Below, one piece after another: positions 39,686-50,689 of a stretch of DNA of 64,000 nucleotides. Origin of the DNA: Antedon mediterranea. Taxonomy: Eukaryota; Animalia; Echinodermata. Under the pieces are notes generated by a model. The model was not told where the DNA came from, made no database searches, and saw nothing but the letters and a program-made list of their open reading frames with translations. Within the stretch, counting starts at the first letter, position 1. Every line of letters starts with the position of its first letter. The DNA is taken from contig NC_092674.1 of assembly GCF_964355755.1 (NCBI RefSeq), positions 13,578,001 through 13,642,000 on the forward strand, written 5' to 3'. The translations under genes and the position numbers were made by a program.

Positions 39686-40905
39686 GAACCAGCATGAGTC
39701 ATTTAATGAAATGCTGTACTTAGAGGAGGGTGATAAGACACCACCGCCGTATGGGGTGATAGTAGGAGGACCAGCATGAGTCATATAACCAGCATGAGTC
39801 ATATAATGAATGCTGTACTTAAGAGCATGAGTGATAAAACACCGCCGTATGTGGGGGTAGTTAATGAACCAGCATAAGTAATTATGTGGTGGTAGTAGGG
39901 GAACCAGCATGAGTCATATAATGAATGCTGTACTTAAGAGCATGAGTGATAAAACACCGCTGTATGTGGGGGTAGCTAATGAACCAGCAGAAGAAATTAT
40001 ATGGTGGTAGTAGGGAAACCAGCATGAGTCATATAATGAATGCTGTACTTAAGAGCATGAGTAATATAATGAACCAGCATAAGAAATTATGTGGTGGTAG
40101 TAGGGAAACCAGCATGAGTCATATAATGAATTCTGTACTTAAGAGTATGAGTGATAAAGCACCGCCGTATGTGGAGGTAGGTAATGAACCAGCATAAGAA
40201 ATTATGTGGTGGTAGTAGGGAAACCAGCATGAGTCATAATATAATGAATGCTGTACTTAAGAGCATGAGTGATAAAACACCGCCGTATGTGGGGGTAGGT
40301 AATGAACCAGCATAAGAAATTATATGGTGGTAGTAGGGAAACCAGCATGAGTCATATAATGAATGCTGTACTTAAGAGCATGAGTAATATAATGAACCAG
40401 CATAAGAAATTATGTGGTGGTAGTAGGGAAACCAGCATGAGTCATATAATGAATGCTGTACTTAAGAGCATGAGTAATAAAACACCGCCGTATGTGGGGG
40501 TAGTTTATGAACCAGCATAAGTAATTATGTGGTGGTAGTAGGGGAACCAGCATGAGTCATATAAAGAATGCTGTACTTAGGAGCATGAGTGATAAAACAC
40601 CGCCGTATGTGGGGGTAGTTAATGAACCAGCATAAGTAATTTATGTGGTGGTAGTATGGGAACCAGCATGAGTCATATAATGAATGCTGTACTTAAGAGG
40701 ATGAGTGATAAAACACCGGCGTATGTCGGCGTATGAACCAGCATAAGTCAATTATGTGGTGGTAGTATAGGAGCCAGCATCATATCGTCATAATGAATGC
40801 TGTACTTGGGAAACCAGCATGAGTCAAAATGAGTGCTGTACTTGGGAAACCAGCATGAGTCAAAATGAGTGCTGTACTTTGGAAACCAGCATTAGTCGTA
40901 ATATA
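39686..40905. repeat. Compound minisatellite of about 115-bp and 90-bp units inside the YR element
   Basis: Units start gaaccagcataag at about 39866, 39981, 40071, 40186, 40304, 40394, 40509, 40624, 40735. Confidence 0.9.
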
Positions 40906-40910
40906 ATGAA

Positions 40911-41185
40911 TGATTTGATTTGATTTGAATTTATTTGGAAAATCATCATAAGAAATACATACAAAGTGATAACATAAATTACGGACATTACAAATAATAC
41001 ATTTAAAAAGACTTTCCAGGAAAGCCTAAAAAGCTTATCAGCTTATTTCCATTGGGATCCTTTTACAATCTAAAATAAAAAATATAAACATTACAAAGTA
41101 TAGCATTAAACACGTAAATATTACAAAAACAATAATATAAAAAACAAGTTAAATTAAAGACTATGATTGACTTATAGAGTTACTT
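40911..41185 (-). mobile_element. 3' UTR fragment of a CR1/Crack-like LINE
   Basis: (ATCAA)n tail, AATAAA and ggatcccaatggaaataagc...aggctttcctgg hairpin on the minus strand; interrupts the minisatellite, which resumes at about 41186. Confidence 0.6.
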
Positions 41186-42835
41186 TACTTGGGGAACCAG
41201 CATGAGTCATAAGATGAATGCTATACTAACTATAAACCATTCAGATTTGTGCAAAATATTTGCCAGTTTAGCGTAGCATCAAGAAAGAAAAACAACAAGT
41301 TATTATTTATTTCTTTTGGATGTAAAACAATTGGAAAATAATAAATGATGTCAACAGTGTATTGCCTGGCATTTTGTTTTGTTTATTCTGTTTAATTATG
41401 TATTTATTTTCCTCTAAAATCCGGTTCCGGATTGTCCACAGTGACTGCAGTAGTAGTAACAGATAATAAGATTGTTGTTATTTAATGGCATAAGTTGGCA
41501 TAAGAGGCTCCGTGCATGAAAGCAGACCTTACTTTTTAACTAGGTCATTCGATCCGAGGTCGATTATCAAAAATATGGCTTGAATGTTGCCACTTGATTT
41601 ACAAAATTAGTTAGGTCGTTTATCTTTAGGCCGGGCACCCCCCAAAGAACAGTATTATCATAGTGATGACTGATTCGGAAGTCAGGCAAATGTCGATGTG
41701 AACCAAGTATGGAGTCGGACGAATTACCCAAGCCGTGATGGAAAGCGAGGCTTTCGCTCAAACCGGAAACGAATGAGTTGAGCCTAGGACACAAGCAGAC
41801 TACATAATTACAGTAAAGTACGAAAAATCGAACAGAATGGGGGTAAGATAAGGTGTTAGATGAATTCCAGTCAAAGTATATTGTGTGAGTTCACACAGCC
41901 TATAAGTGTATGAGGATAAAATGAACTGGTAAATGTAAAAGTGAAAATTATTTTACTTAGCCAAAAACTGGCGTGGTAATCTGTTGACAGCGTGAGGTGA
42001 AGAGGATGAGATGCTCACGCTGTCAAAAGATGATTGCGAGGGCGCCCCGCAATCACGTGATATTTTCGTATATTAAGCGACTTACATTTTCTATACCTGA
42101 CATAATTATTTGAAGTATTTATATCCCAATATATTTGGTTGGTGTCATAATAGGCGATTTTAAACTCACATAAACATGCGCTGCAATGAAATCATCGTTA
42201 TTGAAAAAAAACAGTATTATTTGATTATCTATTTATTAATATTAATATATTGTTTTCTCTTTTTACTTGGTTAGATAAAACATGTTACTGAGAAACGGCA
42301 AACATTCTAGTTTAAATTCTTTATGTTAAGTACCCACATATTGCACTATTTTCTTTAAGCTTAAATAGGTTCTCTTTTCGTTCATGTGTTGGCAATAGAA
42401 AATATTTCTCTCCAAACATTTTCCAAAATATTGGTACACAACAATGAAAAAAAAATGTGTGTTACGTTCTCGGTTACGTCACTAGAACCATTCTTGCGAC
42501 TGAGTTGAACTTCGAAAATGCCGGTCAGATGTAAAAACGAGTTAAAAAGAATAAATTAGCAATTGTCACTGCATACTCATCCTTCAAACTAGCCGCCATC
42601 AAGCAAACACTGAATTCACACTCATTCAGATAAACAAAAAAATGCACTTATTTTCGGATGATTTTTTTCTTACTTAATTTGTGTATTGTTTGATATTAAT
42701 GTACATCGTTTTTTTTTTTACTATTATGATTCCAATTATATATTGGAAATAAGGATTTGATCGAGTCGACTTCAGATTTGCAAGTAACAGAGAAGCATTT
42801 CTCTTGTCCGTTGTCAGATGGTTATTTGAATCTTT

Positions 42836-43293
42836 AAAGGATATACGGCCATACTGCGTTGAAACACAGGTTCTCGTCAGATCACCGAAGTTAAGCAACG
42901 TTAGGCCCGGTTGCGTTCTGGATGGGAGACCGTCTAGAAATCGCGGCGGGTGCTGTATATACTGGAGAGTGATGGTGTAATTGTAATATCGGACTAGCAT
43001 GTGATAGGCATGGATTCGAGGTTATCTGTACCATACTAATTGCATCCTTAGGCAAGATGCTTTACTCTCATTTGCTCATCCTTCGGATGGGATGTAAAGC
43101 CGTTAGTCCCGTGTACTTAACAGTGCACGTTAAAGAACTTGGTACACTATTCGAAAAGAGTAGGGGATCGTCTCCCGGTGTGCTGATCTGGTAGGCGCTG
43201 CACTGCTGGCTGCCGTGGGTCCGTGGAGGGCCTAATCCGAATTTCATCAGTTTCCAGTTAAGCTTGAGGACAAATATAAATACCTTTACCTTT
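42836..43293 (+). mobile_element. 5S rRNA-headed SINE with tRNA-like segment, CORE/Meta-like hairpin, Deu/Nin domain and (TACCTT)n tail
   Basis: 5S-like 42841-42960; ccttaggcaagatgctttactctc; ggatgggatgtaaagccg...gcacgttaaagaac...cactattcgaaaagagtagggg; absent from paralog gaatctttgttgttgattt at about 26570. Confidence 0.85.
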
Positions 43294-44667
43294 GTTGTTG
43301 ATTTATCTAATACTTATATGTAATTAACCGCTTTACGTCAATCTGTGTAGTAGGTACTAACAATATGTATTTGAACTCTAGTAACCGTCCTTTACTGATA
43401 TCTATCTTCGACTCAATGTATTTCATTGCTTTCATGAATATGAACAGTTTATCTTAAATGAAAGTTGAATTGAATTTGAATTGCTTGTTTATTGTATTAA
43501 CAATTGTATGTAATTTTAGTATTAATTTCTTTAAAATTAATCTTATGAGGGTTAGTCTTACTGGAACAATAGTACTTTTTTTAACATTTTATAATAAATA
43601 TAAATTCCACATGATATGAACAAGTACAACACCGTGTTTGATATTATCAAGAAGTGATAACAGTAAACAATTGTATGAATATGCTTGATAAATAAATAGA
43701 CATAGCAGTCAATGAATTATTCAACAATTAGTATAATTATGTTTGTTTTATAATACAATATTGTGTGTATAGATGTACGTGGCGGAGCGTTTATTAGAGG
43801 GTGGAGGTTGGATATTCCAAAGATGTTTTATTGGGGAGGGGCCTTTATTCAAATAATTGCGGTAGGCCTAGATGGTATAATCAATACATTATTTAGTTTA
43901 AATCAAACACCAAATAATGACAATCATCAGTGGGCCGTCAATAAGAAACACGCTCTAAACGGCTTGCAACATGGGCCAAAGCATCCCTGGTCTCAATGGC
44001 GATACAGTACATACAGATAGCGCGCAGTCTGTTCAAAACATACAGCAACTCAACAACTCGGGTACCATTCGGCTATATCGATTTCTGATATAATTTTATA
44101 TACTGCTTTTACAATTTTCCCTGCAAAATACCTCGATGATGTTTTAATATGCTGGACTTTTTTTGCAGTATACTTTCATTTTGTTTAAACTACAGGCGTT
44201 GCCCGTGAAAAAAAACCTGCCGATGAAATTAGAAATGTTGTTTTAAAACTTTCTATAACATCTGCCTGAGAGAGAAATATTATAAAATCTACGTTTCCTA
44301 CATTTGAAATAGAAAAGGTAGGTATGCAAGGTGGACATCTCAGAAATAACCATAATTTATATATAGACACGCTAACATTGACCTCGTGGAGCACATTTAG
44401 CTCGTAGTATCATGCACGTGCACATATAGCTCATCACGTTGGTAAGTCACAAACATATTGATGATTTTTTTTAATTATTATATTATTATGAAAGCATTAT
44501 TAAATATATACCGGTAGGTCTATGTGAACGGCCGACACTAACCACGATACATTACTTTTAATTACTCTTTGTAGGCCTACATTTAGTCTTTGATCACTAT
44601 ATTGGATGCGTTATTATGTTGCTTGTAAACAGTCATTCTACATGCTTTAGATCATAGAAATAATTAC

Positions 44668-47600
44668 TGTGTTGCTCCTATTTTAGCTGCATCGTTCCTT
44701 TCCGAGAGAGGGCGTATGTAAATAGGATCCATGTTATAAGTTTCGCATTGACTACATGTGTTCTAGAGTTCGGTTTCTAAATGTCTTATTGTGCCGAGAT
44801 AGTGTGTAATTTACTAAACTAGTAGGCCGCACATTGCTTGTAAGTTGTTAGAGTATTATATTACAATAATTAGAATTATATGAACCACAGTAGTGGCCTA
44901 GATTATTAATGCTATACTGCATTGTGGTCGTAGGCCTAGGCCTGCGTAGATTGAATCGTATACGATCGCTCGAACAGCATGGCGATAAACACGAGTCTCC
45001 CTGTAGAGGGCGGTGTTCTATTTTGTATGCCATATCTATAGAAGTAGTCACGTCCGTATGAGGGCGCTGTTGATTATTTGATGACTTTGTTTAATATGTT
45101 CTTTAGGCATGTACACCTCCGTAAGAGGGCGCTACGTTTGATCTGTTTTGCAGATAGTTTTATATTTATGTTATGTATATTATTACTATTTGGAGCTGGA
45201 TTTAAGTATGCTTAATTTCAGTTCACCCTGTTTATGGCTGAATTTGCTGTATTAAAGAGTCAGTCAACAAGTGATTGTGTTGCAGTATTTTTTGTCGTGG
45301 ATTGGGTTTATCTACTGAATAGCGAGTTTGACGGTTCAAGCTCGTGAGGTCAGCACAGTGAAAAGCAATGTCGACTTCTAGTAGAAGACGTGATGGTGCG
45401 AGAGATGATGCAAGGTCAATAGGGTCAAGGAGCCATAGATCGAAGGCATCATCGCAGTCGGTGTCATCATTGGAAGTATCTGCTGCACAAGCTCGTGCTG
45501 ATGCTGCTGTAGCGAAAGCTCGTGTTACATTTGCGAAGAAGAAGTGTGCCGCTAAGTTAGAGGCGTTGAAGGCTGAAATGGAAGCAGCTAAAGCTATGTT
45601 AGACATAGACGAAGTAGAGAAAGAAGAAGAAATGGCTGCAGCACAGGCTAGAGCCAATGTCCTTCAAGCAGAATTGCAACATATGTCTTTTGAAGATATT
45701 GAGGAAGAGCTTTCACAGTTAGAAAGCAATAATCAGATGGAAGAGGTGCAAGGCGCACCCCAAGATGCAGTACCCAGTCAAAGAATGGCAGAGGTGCTTA
45801 ACGAACTTCCAAAGATGGAACCCAGTCAGCGGGTAGAAAATTATCTAAACAATGCTGTAGAGGTACCAACGTCTACTCTTAATCCTGGAGCTAGATCTTA
45901 CGAACCAAATCATATGCAGGAGTACATTCGAATACTGGCACGTCAGCGATTACCCTTGCAAGAACCGGATATTTATTCTGGGGATCCAATAATGTTTCTT
46001 CCGTGGAAAAGATCCTTTGAAGCTATGGTGAAAACAGCCTGTGTGGACACTGTTGAAAAGCTGTCATTCCTGTGCAAATATACTACTGGCGAAGCAAAAG
46101 TTTTGGTTGATCGATTCAGACTAAGGCATGTTGAAGATGTTGACAAGGCCTATCATGAGGCCTGGACTGAGCTAGAAGACAGGTTCGGGAACCAAACCTT
46201 AATATCAGCTGAAATCATCCTGAGACTTACCGAATACAGAAGATTCAAAGCAGGTGATTTGACCGCACTCCAAGAACTGGCTGATTTGTGTGGAGACGCA
46301 GTTGCTCAAATGCAGGAGCTACCCCATCTGATTATGTTAAACACTCCTCATGGTATTAAACCAATTGTAGAGAAGTTACCACACTTCATAATTAATAAAT
46401 GGAGAGAAAAGGTCGCAAAACATAAAAGGAAAATGAAAACGTTCCCGAATTTCAGCATTTTCACAGAGTTTCTAAGTGAGATGGCTCACATCCAACGTGA
46501 TCCTGATGTCCCAAGAGGAATTGTTGATGAGGTCAAAACTGATACACCGGGAAACTACCGTACACAGACAGGTTACCGTCCTAAGACCACGCAACGTTCA
46601 ACTGTAAATGTGAGAATGACTGAGGTGAATAAATCTGAAGGGATGTGTCCGCTACACAATGGTCAGCATCCGTTGGTAGACTGTAGAAACTTTCTGGCCA
46701 AGACTTATGCTGCCAAGAAGTCATTCCTTAAGGAAAACCAAGTATGTTTCCGATGTCTCTCATCTACATCACACATGGCTAGGAATTGTGATAGAAATGT
46801 CAGGTGTGGAGAATGCGGTAGTGATCGTCACCCGACTGCATTCCATGGTGACCGTCCGCAGAAGGCGAATGGCGGGGAACAAGTAAAAGCGGAGCAAAAG
46901 GCAAATGGCGGGGAGCAAGTAAAAATGGAGCAAAATGCGAAAGGTGAGAAGGCAAATGGCGGGGAGCAGGGGACAGAGTCGCAGAAGACGAAGGAAAGAG
47001 ACAAAGTAGTAAGTACTACATGTACGGATGTCTGCGGTGGAATTGGGCTGAGCCGATCGTGTGCTAAAATTTGTTTAGCAAAAATATATTTAGAAGACCA
47101 TCCTAACACTTTCATAAAAACCTACATTATACTAGACGACCAAAGCAATCGCTCGTTGGCCAAGAGTGAGGTATTCGACCTTTTTAACATCAATGCAAGA
47201 CTTACGTCGTATACTTTGAAGACCTGTTCGGGAGCGGCTGAAGTTCAAGGCCGAAAACTGGAGAAGCTAATAATTGAGTCCATGGATGGTAAAACAAGAA
47301 TAGCAGCCCCATCGCTACTTGAATGTAATGACATACCTGGGAACAAGGCAGAAATTTCCACTCCAGAGACAGCCAGCAATTTTCCTCACTTGAAGGATAT
47401 TGCGGACAAGATACCACCCTTGGATGAGAATGCAAATATTACCATACTGCTGGGCCGAGATGCTGCTCAAGCTCATAAAGTCCGAGAAGTACGCAATGGA
47501 CCAAATCACTCTCCATGGGGCCAACGACTTGATCTAGGCTGGATGGTTATTGGCGACGTCTGCTTAAGGGGAGCCCACCAAAAAAATGTTGTCACCGCCA

Positions 47601-50600
47601 ACAGAAACCATATAAAGGTTTTGAGAAATGGTAGGCCATCCGCCATGTTTACAACTTGTAAAGGAATGATCAGTGCGAAGGAAATAACCCTGCAACGCGG
47701 CTGTGACGTACTCGGTGGTAATGTATTCCAACAGAAAGAAGATGACGAGAAGTATGGAATGTCCAAAGAAGATGTGGAGTTCGTGCAACTTATGGGAAAA
47801 GAGATGAAACGAGGTGAACAAGGAAATTGGATAGCCCCACTTCCTTTTCGAGAAGAAAGAAAAAGGTTACCCAACAACAAGCAGCAAGCAATGAATCGTA
47901 TGCAGTCTCTTATTCGCACACTGGATAAGAAGCCAGAGATGAAAGCTCACTACTTAGCGTTCATGGAGAAAGTATTCTCAAAGCAACATGCTGAGCTCGT
48001 CGAAGATGACAGTCATGATGAAGAGTGCTGGTATTTACCACACTTTGGTGTGTACCATCCACAAAAGCCAGGGAAGATCCGGGTGGTTTTTGATTCCAGT
48101 GCGCAATTCCAAGATACATCACTTAACAACGTGTTAATGAGTGGACCAGATCTGGTAAATGGGTTGCTTGGTGTATTGATACGGTTCAGGCAGGATACTG
48201 TGGCGTTTGTAGCAGACATTGAGCAAATGTTCTACTCATTTCAAGTCGTGGAAGAACACAGAGATTATCTTCGGTTCCTGTGGTTCGAAGACAACGACCC
48301 CAGCAAAGTATTGAGAACGTATCGGATGAAAGTTCACATCTTCGGAAACAAACCTTCTCCAGCTGTTGCTACGCTGGGACTGAGAAAGACTGCACAAGAA
48401 GGAGAGAGCGAGTTTGGCGCAGATGCAAGAGAGTTCGTGGAGAAGAATTTTTATGTCGATGATGGGCTGAAGTCTTTAGCTACTTCAGATGAGGCGATCG
48501 ACCTGCTCCAGCGCACACAAGCCATGTTAGCCACAGCTAATTTACGATTACATAAAATTGTCTCAAACGATGCAAAAGTGATAGCGGCTTTCTCACCTCA
48601 AGATGTAGCAAGTAACATGTGCAACCTCGATCTCGGATCTGACGCTCCTCTTACGCAAAGGTCATTAGGGGTACTGTGGGATGTCAAGTCAGATGCCTTT
48701 ACTTTCTCTATTACGGAGGTTAGCAGCAAGGCATTCACTAAGCGAGGAGTGCTGTCAGAAATCAACAGCATATATGACCCAATCGGCTTTGCGTCACCCG
48801 TCATTATAGAGGGAAGAAGGCTGTTAAGGGAAATGACAAAGGATCAATGCATAGATTGGGATGAGCCATTACCGAAACAGCTACATGATTCATGTCAGAA
48901 GTGGCGAAGCTCCATAGTTCAACTGTCAGATGTTCTGATTCCTCGTCCTTATACATCATTTCCATCAAACCAGTCCATCCAGAGAGAACTCCACACATTC
49001 TCCGATGCTTCTAACACAGCCATTGGCGCTGTGTCTTACCTCAGAATTACTGATAAAGTGGGAGAAGTTCACTTAAGTTTTGTTGTTGGAAAGGCAAAGC
49101 TAGCACCTAAAGCTGCGACATCAATACCACGGTTAGAGTTGTGCGGAGCAGTACTTGGCGCAGTAGTTGCAAAATGTGTTAAGACTGAATTGGATTTTAA
49201 GTTGGATGCCACACATTTTTACACCGATAGCAAGGTCGTTCTCGGTTATATCACAAATAAAACCCGTAGGTTCTACATGTACGTGGCAAACAGAGTGGAT
49301 CAGATTCCTCAGTCGACCAAACCAGAACAATGGAAATATGTTAAAACAGACATAAACCCAGCCGATCAAGCTACAAGATCCATCAAGGCTAAAGACTTAC
49401 AGAACTCAGCATGGATTCAAGGACCAAGATTCCTACTTAATAAGAACTCGTGTGAGAGAAACACAACGGTCTGTGACATCAGTGAAATTGAAGAGGATCC
49501 CGAAGTAAGACCTGTCGTAGCTACCAGTGCTACAGAAGTTCAGTCAGCCAAATCACTGGGATCCGAGCGATTTAGCAGATTTTCGAATTGGGGAAATCTT
49601 GTGCGAGCAATTGGAAGTCTTGTGCATATTGCTTGTACATTCACAGAAACCAGGAAAAGAGACTATATCCCTACACTTCAGAACAGAAGCAAGTGGCAAC
49701 ATGAAAAGAGGAATATAAAGGAAGGAGATATTGTTCTTCTAAAGGAGAAAGACACCGTCAGAAATGATTGGCCTTTGGGACGAATCGTTAAAGCAATTGA
49801 CGGATCAGACGGACGAGTTAGGAGAGTGGAAGTGACTGTTTATAGAGGTGGAGAACTGAAAACCTTTGCAAGACCGATTAGTGAATTGGTACTGATAATG
49901 CCGACTCCTGTTACATTGAACATTATTATAATGAATATTATGTCATATTCCTTTGTTATTTGTTTATTTTTTTAACTTTTTGATATGAATGGTATCCTTT
50001 AGATACCAGACGGGGAGTGTGTTGCTCCTATTTTAGCTGCATCGTTCCTTTCCGAGAGAGGGCGTATGTAAATAGGATCCATGTTATAAGTTTCGCATTG
50101 ACTACATGTGTTCTAGAGTTCGGCTTCTAAATGTCTTATTGTGCCGAGATAGTGTGTAATTTACTAAACTAGTAGGCCGCACATTGCTTGTAAGTTGTTA
50201 GAGTATTATATTACAATAATTAGAATTATATGAACCACAGTAGTGGCCTAGATTATTAATGCTATACTGCATTGTGGTTGTAGGCCTAGGCCTGCGTAGA
50301 TTGAATCGTATACGATCGCTCGAACAGCATGGCGATAAACACGAGTCTCCCTGTAGAGGGCGGTGTTCTATTTTGTATGCCATATCTATAGAAGTAGTCA
50401 CGTCCGTATGAGGGCGCTGTTGATTATTTGATGACTTTGTTTAATATGTTCTTTAGGCATGTACACCTCCGTAAGAGGGCGCTACGTTTGATCTGTTTTG
50501 CAGATAGTTTTATATTTCTATTTGGAGCTGGATTTAAGTATGCTTAATTTCAGTTCACCCTGTTTATGGCTGAATTTGCTGTATTAAAGAGTCAGTCAAC

Positions 50601-50689
50601 AAGTGATTGTGTTGCAGTATTTTTTGTCGTGGATTGGGTTTATCTACTGAATAGCGAGTTTGACGGTTCAAGCTCGTGAGGTCAGCACA
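44668..50689 (+). mobile_element. BEL/Pao LTR retrotransposon with integrase core deleted
   Basis: TG..CA LTRs 44668-45357 (690 bp) and 50018-50689 (672 bp), differing by an 18-bp indel and two substitutions seen; ATTAC TSD; PPT agacggggag; empty site at about 28037. Confidence 0.96.
45368..49975 (+). CDS. BEL/Pao polyprotein (gag with three Cys/His knuckles, PR, RT, RNase H, C-terminal tail); integrase missing
   Basis: 1535-aa open frame; LDDQS, WYLPH, KIRVVFD, FYVDD, YDPIG, HTFSDAS, IPRLEL, NPADQATR, WPLGRI. Confidence 0.92.
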   Translation: MSTSSRRRDGARDDARSIGSRSHRSKASSQSVSSLEVSAAQARADAAVAKARVTFAKKKCAAKLEALKAEMEAAKAMLDIDEVEKEEEMAAAQARANVLQAELQHMSFEDIEEELSQLESNNQMEEVQGAPQDAVPSQRMAEVLNELPKMEPSQRVENYLNNAVEVPTSTLNPGARSYEPNHMQEYIRILARQRLPLQEPDIYSGDPIMFLPWKRSFEAMVKTACVDTVEKLSFLCKYTTGEAKVLVDRFRLRHVEDVDKAYHEAWTELEDRFGNQTLISAEIILRLTEYRRFKAGDLTALQELADLCGDAVAQMQELPHLIMLNTPHGIKPIVEKLPHFIINKWREKVAKHKRKMKTFPNFSIFTEFLSEMAHIQRDPDVPRGIVDEVKTDTPGNYRTQTGYRPKTTQRSTVNVRMTEVNKSEGMCPLHNGQHPLVDCRNFLAKTYAAKKSFLKENQVCFRCLSSTSHMARNCDRNVRCGECGSDRHPTAFHGDRPQKANGGEQVKAEQKANGGEQVKMEQNAKGEKANGGEQGTESQKTKERDKVVSTTCTDVCGGIGLSRSCAKICLAKIYLEDHPNTFIKTYIILDDQSNRSLAKSEVFDLFNINARLTSYTLKTCSGAAEVQGRKLEKLIIESMDGKTRIAAPSLLECNDIPGNKAEISTPETASNFPHLKDIADKIPPLDENANITILLGRDAAQAHKVREVRNGPNHSPWGQRLDLGWMVIGDVCLRGAHQKNVVTANRNHIKVLRNGRPSAMFTTCKGMISAKEITLQRGCDVLGGNVFQQKEDDEKYGMSKEDVEFVQLMGKEMKRGEQGNWIAPLPFREERKRLPNNKQQAMNRMQSLIRTLDKKPEMKAHYLAFMEKVFSKQHAELVEDDSHDEECWYLPHFGVYHPQKPGKIRVVFDSSAQFQDTSLNNVLMSGPDLVNGLLGVLIRFRQDTVAFVADIEQMFYSFQVVEEHRDYLRFLWFEDNDPSKVLRTYRMKVHIFGNKPSPAVATLGLRKTAQEGESEFGADAREFVEKNFYVDDGLKSLATSDEAIDLLQRTQAMLATANLRLHKIVSNDAKVIAAFSPQDVASNMCNLDLGSDAPLTQRSLGVLWDVKSDAFTFSITEVSSKAFTKRGVLSEINSIYDPIGFASPVIIEGRRLLREMTKDQCIDWDEPLPKQLHDSCQKWRSSIVQLSDVLIPRPYTSFPSNQSIQRELHTFSDASNTAIGAVSYLRITDKVGEVHLSFVVGKAKLAPKAATSIPRLELCGAVLGAVVAKCVKTELDFKLDATHFYTDSKVVLGYITNKTRRFYMYVANRVDQIPQSTKPEQWKYVKTDINPADQATRSIKAKDLQNSAWIQGPRFLLNKNSCERNTTVCDISEIEEDPEVRPVVATSATEVQSAKSLGSERFSRFSNWGNLVRAIGSLVHIACTFTETRKRDYIPTLQNRSKWQHEKRNIKEGDIVLLKEKDTVRNDWPLGRIVKAIDGSDGRVRRVEVTVYRGGELKTFARPISELVLIMPTPVTLNIIIMNIMSYSFVICLFF

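Larger units (their letters stand above)
31003..42060 (-). mobile_element. Degenerate tyrosine-recombinase retrotransposon (Ngaro/DIRS group) with nested insertions
   Basis: About 120-bp direct repeat at 41941-42060 and 31033-31152; gag remnant near 39060-39420; RT (RILHNLSYP, AKTD..DAYR, LPQG) 33527-33900; RNase H (HCDN, HIPG..N..DALSR) 32580-33100; YR (ACLRASE, HSFRIGRA, GRWS) 31980-32580; empty site at about 25823 shows no TSD. Confidence 0.88.

Noticed and set aside
39686-40905. CRISPR-like repeat/spacer appearance
   Set aside because: Intervening sequences are themselves repeated, there are no cas genes, and the context is eukaryotic; it is a minisatellite
42841-42960. Functional 5S rRNA gene
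   Set aside because: No T-run terminator, diverged internal control region, fused to a SINE body and absent from the paralogous site
44848-45051. Identical 67-aa ORFs at 44848 and 50198
   Set aside because: Same sequence in the two BEL LTRs; no protein motif
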